Shown: in pieces, positions 53,668 through 58,437 of the stretch | Layout of the letters: each line of letters opens with the position of its first letter | How positions within the stretch are numbered: position 1 is the first letter of the stretch | Source: a candidate division WWE3 bacterium UBA1379 | Lineage (GTDB): Bacteria; Patescibacteriota; WWE3; UBA101185; UBA10185 | Direction: 5' to 3' | DNA: 58,437 nt | NCBI GenBank assembly: GCA_002305475.1 | Contig: DBRB01000001.1 | Coordinates: forward strand, 1 to 58,437 | Translations under genes and position numbers: made by a program | Notes under the pieces: model-generated | Database searches by the model: none | Told to the model about the DNA's origin: nothing | Seen by the model: only the letters and a program-made list of their open reading frames with translations

Positions 53668-54855
53668 CTATTTTTTTATGTATTTCTTATATATCTTGTC
53701 AATTTCTTGGACTTTGGTATTCCAACTATAAAACTTATCTATAATTTCCTTAGTACACTCATAATTATTTGATCTTTTGTATACCATCTTGATTTTTTCT
53801 GCTATATATTCAGGTTGTATTTCGTCTAAATATTCCAAGTTGGGTATAGAGTGATCTAAATGAAAGCCACTAGCAATTACTTTATTTCCGCAAGATAAAG
53901 ATTCTAAAACAACTTTTGGTAACCCTTCATGTATGGATGGTAATACAAAAATCTCACAAGCCCGATAATATTTATCAATCTCCCAATAACTAATTGAACC
54001 TAAGAATTTTATCCTGTTTTCTAATTTATTAGTTTTTATTATTTCTTTAACTTTTAACTCCAAACTAGAATCCCATGACCCCCATAACGCTAAAACATAT
54101 TTACTATCTAAGTGTGTTAAACTTTCTACAAGAAGATCTATATTTTTTCTTTTTGATAAACGACCCCCATTACAAATTATTACTGAATCTTTTGAAAAAC
54201 CAAGATCAGCAACTAGACCCTTGTTTGTAAATTTGGCTATGTTAACCCCATTTTCAACTACATATATAGGTACTGAAGTCTTATAATTGCTTTCTAATTC
54301 TTCTTTGACATTAGTACTTACAGCTATAACAGCATCTGAAACATTCATAGACAATTTATCAGATAGTTTATGTAAAGGATATTCAAAATATTTAGCCAAA
54401 AAGCTCTGATGAGTATTTTGTTCTTTGATCTTTCTTTCTCTTATTAGTATGGGACCATGGTTTGTATGTATTAATGGTGTTTTATCAATAAAACCAAAAA
54501 GTTTTTTATAAAGTAACAACCAAATACCCATTTGTTGATGGTTATGAATAATATCAATCCCATAACGAATTTTTATATAGAAGTAAAAAGGTAATACAAA
54601 TAACGAACTTGTTAAAAACGGACCGAATCCCTTTATAGCTCTTGGAAGATTATAGACAACCACATTTCTATTACATAAGGTATACACAAATTTTTTTTGT
54701 TTTAAGTTTTTACCATTTAGATTACCCGTAAGTACAAATATTTTGTTATCTTTATAATTACCTTGTGCAATTGTTAACTCGTACGGTCCAGGGGATAAAC
54801 CATCTGAATTTACAGAAAGATCGGCAAAATCATATATTATTCTTAGAATATTCAT
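53668..54855 (-). CDS. GT4-family (GT-B) glycosyltransferase
   Basis: EGLPKVVLESLSCGNKVIAS (E-x7-E motif). 395 aa. Confidence 0.8.
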   Translation of the reverse strand: MNILRIIYDFADLSVNSDGLSPGPYELTIAQGNYKDNKIFVLTGNLNGKNLKQKKFVYTLCNRNVVVYNLPRAIKGFGPFLTSSLFVLPFYFYIKIRYGIDIIHNHQQMGIWLLLYKKLFGFIDKTPLIHTNHGPILIRERKIKEQNTHQSFLAKYFEYPLHKLSDKLSMNVSDAVIAVSTNVKEELESNYKTSVPIYVVENGVNIAKFTNKGLVADLGFSKDSVIICNGGRLSKRKNIDLLVESLTHLDSKYVLALWGSWDSSLELKVKEIIKTNKLENRIKFLGSISYWEIDKYYRACEIFVLPSIHEGLPKVVLESLSCGNKVIASGFHLDHSIPNLEYLDEIQPEYIAEKIKMVYKRSNNYECTKEIIDKFYSWNTKVQEIDKIYKKYIKK

Positions 54856-55502
54856 AAAATACTTTTCATACGCTCATCAATTAAATTCAATAGATCTTCG
54901 TAAGATCTTTTATAGTCTATAATATTTCTATTTAATGATCTTGCTGATTTAAGAATGTATTCTTGAATTAATCTTCCAGATTCAAACTGTTTTTCTGTTA
55001 AGATTCTATTATGTGTAGGACCTTTCATAAAAGTTTTATGTAGTTCAGAGTCGTCTACTTTAAAATAAACCTCAACCACAAACAATTCTTTAGGATATTC
55101 TATAAATGTAGGAAATATTTGAGGACCTTCTAATACCGTACATTGTCTTTCAGTTTTAGTAAATTTGATATAAGTGTTAATAGCCTCACTACATGGTTTA
55201 CTTTGCATATCCATTGCTTTATAAAGATCTTTTTTTGCTATATCGCTAGTCTTTAGTAACTCCCATAAGTCATAAGTATGTTTATGAAGATAAGGGTTTT
55301 CGTCTTCTCCGATAATGGATCTTAAAACAGATCTTACTAAAGCGGTATTCACATTATGCATAAATGGAATGTCTTTGCATAACTGTATTGCTGCTATAGA
55401 CTTTCCTGTTCCACAGTAACCACCAATAAGCACTGTAAGTGGTGGAAGTTTCTCACCTTTGGACCATAACTCTTTATACTTTTCAATATTTTTATATTTC
55501 AT
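54852..55502 (-). CDS. P-loop kinase resembling 2-phosphoglycerate kinase
   Basis: VLIGGYCGTGKS Walker A followed by NTALVRSVLRSI (compare sTDxiRexmR of 2PGK). 4-nt overlap with the GT4 gene. Confidence 0.45.
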   Translation of the reverse strand: MKYKNIEKYKELWSKGEKLPPLTVLIGGYCGTGKSIAAIQLCKDIPFMHNVNTALVRSVLRSIIGEDENPYLHKHTYDLWELLKTSDIAKKDLYKAMDMQSKPCSEAINTYIKFTKTERQCTVLEGPQIFPTFIEYPKELFVVEVYFKVDDSELHKTFMKGPTHNRILTEKQFESGRLIQEYILKSARSLNRNIIDYKRSYEDLLNLIDERMKSIL

Positions 55503-55504
55503 AC

Positions 55505-56554
55505 TTATACTAAATTATTTTCAGCTTGAAACCATAAACCCTCAGTATACAAACGCGCATTCGTTTCTAGCATTTCGCGTAATATTGTACCTGAGAATAT
55601 CTTAGTCTGAATACCTACTAATGTAACCTTTTTATTATGAGTATTAGCATACTCAATTGCTTCATTTAATGCTTTAATATTAGTATCTGGTCTTAGAGAA
55701 ATGTAGAAATGTATTGAAGGTAGTTTCATCGTATAACTAGTAGTTGGATCTTTATCTCGTAGTAATTCCATTCTTTTTATAAATGAATCACTCCCTATGC
55801 AATATCGAATTTTATTATCAGATAACTGTGCAAGCATTTTATACATAACAGCCTGTCCTTCTCCATCTGTAGAACCTGGATAATTAAAAACAGAAACAGT
55901 ATTAGTATTATGAAAAACTCTGTGAATATCTTGTATTCTTAAACTAAAAGGACGAACTTTATGATCTTTAAATTTATTTTTATCGTATGTCCACAATACT
56001 ACTCTCCCAGCTGCCTGATGCTTTGATATAGCATAATTACAAAAGTGTTTTACCGCTTCAACATGTCCGGAATGGGCAAAAGGTGTAAAACCCCCTGAAT
56101 GTATATATAAAACCGGATTACTTGCAGAAAATATATCTTTATGCGTAATGATTAGTTCAAATAGCTTAGTAAGAAGGTTCTTATTAACAAAAGCCCCAAA
56201 ATATTTTCTACTAAGATTAATATTATTAACTAATTCTTCGACATTTATCGGATTAATATTAAATAAATCAGATAAATTATTTAAAAATATTCTCGAAGTT
56301 TTATCTCTAAGCATGAACAGAGTCGGATTTATTGGATCAGGTGTAGCATCACGTATATCATGAAGTACTTCTAAACCTTTTTCAGCCAATGATACTAAAA
56401 TCTTACCAGGCACATATTCCAAATAATCCAGATTTGTATGACCTAACAATGCATAGCGGATGTCTTCTTCGTATATGCTTAAATCTAATGAATTACTTAA
56501 AATATTATGTATCATTAACTTTTTCGTATCGGTTGCACCATCAAGCATATACAC
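55505..56554 (-). CDS. two-domain protein with a C-terminal HxGH nucleotidyltransferase (NadD/cytidylyltransferase-like) domain
   Basis: GGFTPFAHSGH (GxFxPxHxGH-like) and FSGTILRE (ISSTxxR-like) motifs. The ~150-aa N-terminal part is unassigned. Confidence 0.5.
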   Translation of the reverse strand: MYMLDGATDTKKLMIHNILSNSLDLSIYEEDIRYALLGHTNLDYLEYVPGKILVSLAEKGLEVLHDIRDATPDPINPTLFMLRDKTSRIFLNNLSDLFNINPINVEELVNNINLSRKYFGAFVNKNLLTKLFELIITHKDIFSASNPVLYIHSGGFTPFAHSGHVEAVKHFCNYAISKHQAAGRVVLWTYDKNKFKDHKVRPFSLRIQDIHRVFHNTNTVSVFNYPGSTDGEGQAVMYKMLAQLSDNKIRYCIGSDSFIKRMELLRDKDPTTSYTMKLPSIHFYISLRPDTNIKALNEAIEYANTHNKKVTLVGIQTKIFSGTILREMLETNARLYTEGLWFQAENNLV

Positions 56555-56617
56555 AGTATATTATTATAAATATAAAAGATGTAAAGTTCATTATATAAGG
56601 GAATTCTAGGTTTATAT

Positions 56618-56694
56618 TGGGGTGACCGATGGGACTCGAACCCACGACATCCGGCTCCACAGGCCAGCGTTCTAACCACTGAACTACGGTCACC
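56618..56694 (-). tRNA. tRNA-His (anticodon GUG) with genome-encoded G-1 and CCA
   Basis: Reverse complement is G-GTGACCGTAGTTCAGTGGTTAGAACGCTGGCCTGTGGAGCCGG...GGTTCGAGTCCCATCGGTCACCCCA. The extra 5' G pairs with C73. Confidence 0.9.
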
Positions 56695-56788
56695 ATAATA
56701 AAACAAGGTTAATGACTGCAGTAATAGCATTTCTACTCCGCAATTATATCAAACAATGCTTGATTTGAAGATAGATGAATATGATCTA

Positions 56789-58210
56789 CTAAAAAGTCTG
56801 GATTCTCTTCCAGTTTGAAAAATCGAGGAATCTGTCACTTAAAGTAAATGTATATTTTTCTCCAATTCCTTCAATATATTTTGAAACATAGTAATTTGCA
56901 TATGGATGATATAAAAAGATAACCGGAACCTGTTCCGTAACTACCTTTTGAAACTCATGATAATGCTTTATTCTTGCATCATTGTCATTGGCATTTCTTG
57001 CTTCTTCCAAAGCTCTATCTGAACGCACATGGGTAAACCCGCTAAGATTTAAGCCTGGAGCATCACTCTGTGTTGAATGCCAGTTAACATATCTGTCAGG
57101 ATCTCTACCCACTTCCTGACCGTAGAATAATACTTCAAAATCTCTCTTATCAATTATCTGCTCATTTATTTGCATAGGATCTACTGTGTTTACTTCTACA
57201 TGCAAACCGAGCTCATCTTCCCACATATCTGCAATTTTTCTGGCTAAATCCACATGTTCTTTAATATCTGGCACTGTAATCGTCAAAGATTTATTCAGGA
57301 CTTCTTCCGGAAGTGCTTTATCATACTTATCAAAATCCAACGATGTATCAGTATATATACTTCTGCTGATCGGTCCTTCTACTGATATTCCACTATAGAT
57401 AATAAGATCAGATACAGGGAGGGCTTTTTCCAATTTCTGTCTGAATTCTAAATCTGTAAGTTTCTCGTTTTTAAGATTGAAATAAAGGGCATAATAGACA
57501 CCTTGCAGAGGATATTTATATATCTGGTAATTTTGCATATCTTTAATTTCATTAGCCAGAAATCCGTCAATTTCTCCTAGTTTGGCTGCTGTAAACAATT
57601 CATCTTCTACTGCATAGAAACGATAAGTCAGTTTACGGATATTTTCTTCAGAAGTGGTATTAAGTAAGGTAACCTGTTTAATAATCGGACCGCTTTTTTC
57701 CACTCTTAATACTCTGAATTTTCCACTGGAGATGGGAACTAAAGGATTATTGGTTTCTTCCGCATTGGCAGGCATAACCCCGACAGTCAATAAACTCAAA
57801 AACGGAGAAAACTTATTAGGTAATGTATATCTTACCGTAAAATCATCAACCCTGTCTGTTGCAACACCACTTAAATCTGATATTTTAAAAGCCGTATATA
57901 TTAGATCATCCGAGGTAATAGGTTTTCCGTCAGTCCATTTCTGATTTTCCTTTAATTTTATTGTATATACCAATCCGTCTTCAGATATTTCCCAGGTATC
58001 AGCCAGATCTGGTACCAACGTACCGTAAATATCATATTTGAACAAACCCCTGTATATCAAACTGCTAATAGTTTTATCAGTCTGTGTAACTGTCTGAGAC
58101 GGGAGAAATGACCTGGGTTGTCCCACAGCTCCCTCAATATAATTAGTAGAAGGCGAGATTGTGGCAATCAGAGATGAAATTGTAAATATTATACTTTGGA
58201 GTAAGTTCAT
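56789..58210 (-). CDS. ABC transporter substrate-binding protein, family 5 (peptide/nickel type)
   Basis: 473 aa. LVPDLADTWEISEDGLVYTIKLKENQKWTDGKPITSDD is typical of SBP_bac_5. Confidence 0.75.
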   Translation of the reverse strand: MNLLQSIIFTISSLIATISPSTNYIEGAVGQPRSFLPSQTVTQTDKTISSLIYRGLFKYDIYGTLVPDLADTWEISEDGLVYTIKLKENQKWTDGKPITSDDLIYTAFKISDLSGVATDRVDDFTVRYTLPNKFSPFLSLLTVGVMPANAEETNNPLVPISSGKFRVLRVEKSGPIIKQVTLLNTTSEENIRKLTYRFYAVEDELFTAAKLGEIDGFLANEIKDMQNYQIYKYPLQGVYYALYFNLKNEKLTDLEFRQKLEKALPVSDLIIYSGISVEGPISRSIYTDTSLDFDKYDKALPEEVLNKSLTITVPDIKEHVDLARKIADMWEDELGLHVEVNTVDPMQINEQIIDKRDFEVLFYGQEVGRDPDRYVNWHSTQSDAPGLNLSGFTHVRSDRALEEARNANDNDARIKHYHEFQKVVTEQVPVIFLYHPYANYYVSKYIEGIGEKYTFTLSDRFLDFSNWKRIQTF

Positions 58211-58360
58211 GTTCAGTTGCTATTTTATCAGATTTTACGTCAACTTGATGAAAACAAGCTGATGTAGCAATATATATATTAATATATTTACTCGATTTAT
58301 GCTTGCTAATTAGGCTAAAAGACTGGTAAAATGCTTTTGTTCTTTTTGTTCTAAGGTAAT

Positions 58361-58437
58361 GGCCCCGTCGTCTAGCGGCCTAGGACACTTGGTTTTCATC
58401 CAAGAGATCGCGGGTTCGATTCCCGCCGGGGTCACCA
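58361..58437 (+). tRNA. tRNA-Glu (anticodon UUC), CCA encoded
   Basis: GGCCCCGTCGTCTAGCGGCCTAGGACACTTGGTTTTCATCCAAG...GGTTCGATTCCCGCCGGGGTCACCA. Ends at the window edge. Confidence 0.9.

Noticed and set aside
1-58437. CRISPR arrays, IS elements, integrases/recombinases, reverse transcriptases and rRNA genes.
   Set aside because: I found no regularly spaced direct repeats, no DDE, tyrosine- or serine-recombinase motifs, no YxDD motif and no rRNA-like sequence on either strand.
1-58437. Alternative genetic code (UGA as a sense codon, as in some candidate phyla).
   Set aside because: Long conserved genes (leuS, glyA, murA, helD-like) are uninterrupted under the standard code and genes end in TAA/TAG/TGA. 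The only anomalous stop is the TAA in the maturase, which no known bacterial code reassigns.

Overview
This is a gene-dense, AT-rich bacterial chromosome segment, about 28-32% G+C in the sample lines I hand-counted. It uses the standard genetic code and is mostly transcribed on the minus strand. The tiny intergenic gaps, many small secreted or membrane hypotheticals, 10 tRNA genes with encoded CCA, and murA/murB next to a minimal housekeeping set suggest a reduced Patescibacteria/CPR-like genome; that is inference only.

Recognisable core genes are apbE, an FNR-like reductase, a MacAB-type efflux trio, dgkA, PAP2, an ArnT/PMT-like glycosyltransferase, an HD hydrolase, helD-like, rsmI, a DsbA-like protein, murA, murB, rpmG, leuS, glyA, dcd, a SIMPL protein, yvcK-like, a Y-family polymerase, an SRAP peptidase, a GT2 synthase plus NodB deacetylase pair, and a family-5 substrate-binding protein.

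The stand-out feature is a sharply bounded island of about 1.5 kb (about 6.70-8.22 kb, roughly 50% G+C). It encodes a 44-aa peptide with a periodic Tyr/Trp/Cys, Asn/Asp-rich C-terminal core, an intergenic stem-loop, and a radical SAM/SPASM enzyme. This is a minimal candidate RiPP cassette of no class I can name. Its maturase is interrupted by one in-frame TAA.

Other regions worth a second look:
- An ORF-poor 570-nt gap containing a GC-rich nest of perfect, mutually exclusive helices (9130-9282).
- Next to that gap, an Rx4H (HEPN-like) protein and a 5'-truncated ABC/SMC-type ATPase remnant that abuts tRNA-Phe.
- A cluster of two ASCH genes, an HhH-GPD-like gene and a deoxyribosyltransferase-like gene.
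- An operon of a nucleotidyltransferase, a 2-phosphoglycerate-kinase-like P-loop protein and a GT4 glycosyltransferase.
- An orphan class-I aaRS-like fragment.

I found no CRISPR array, integrase, transposase or rRNA.
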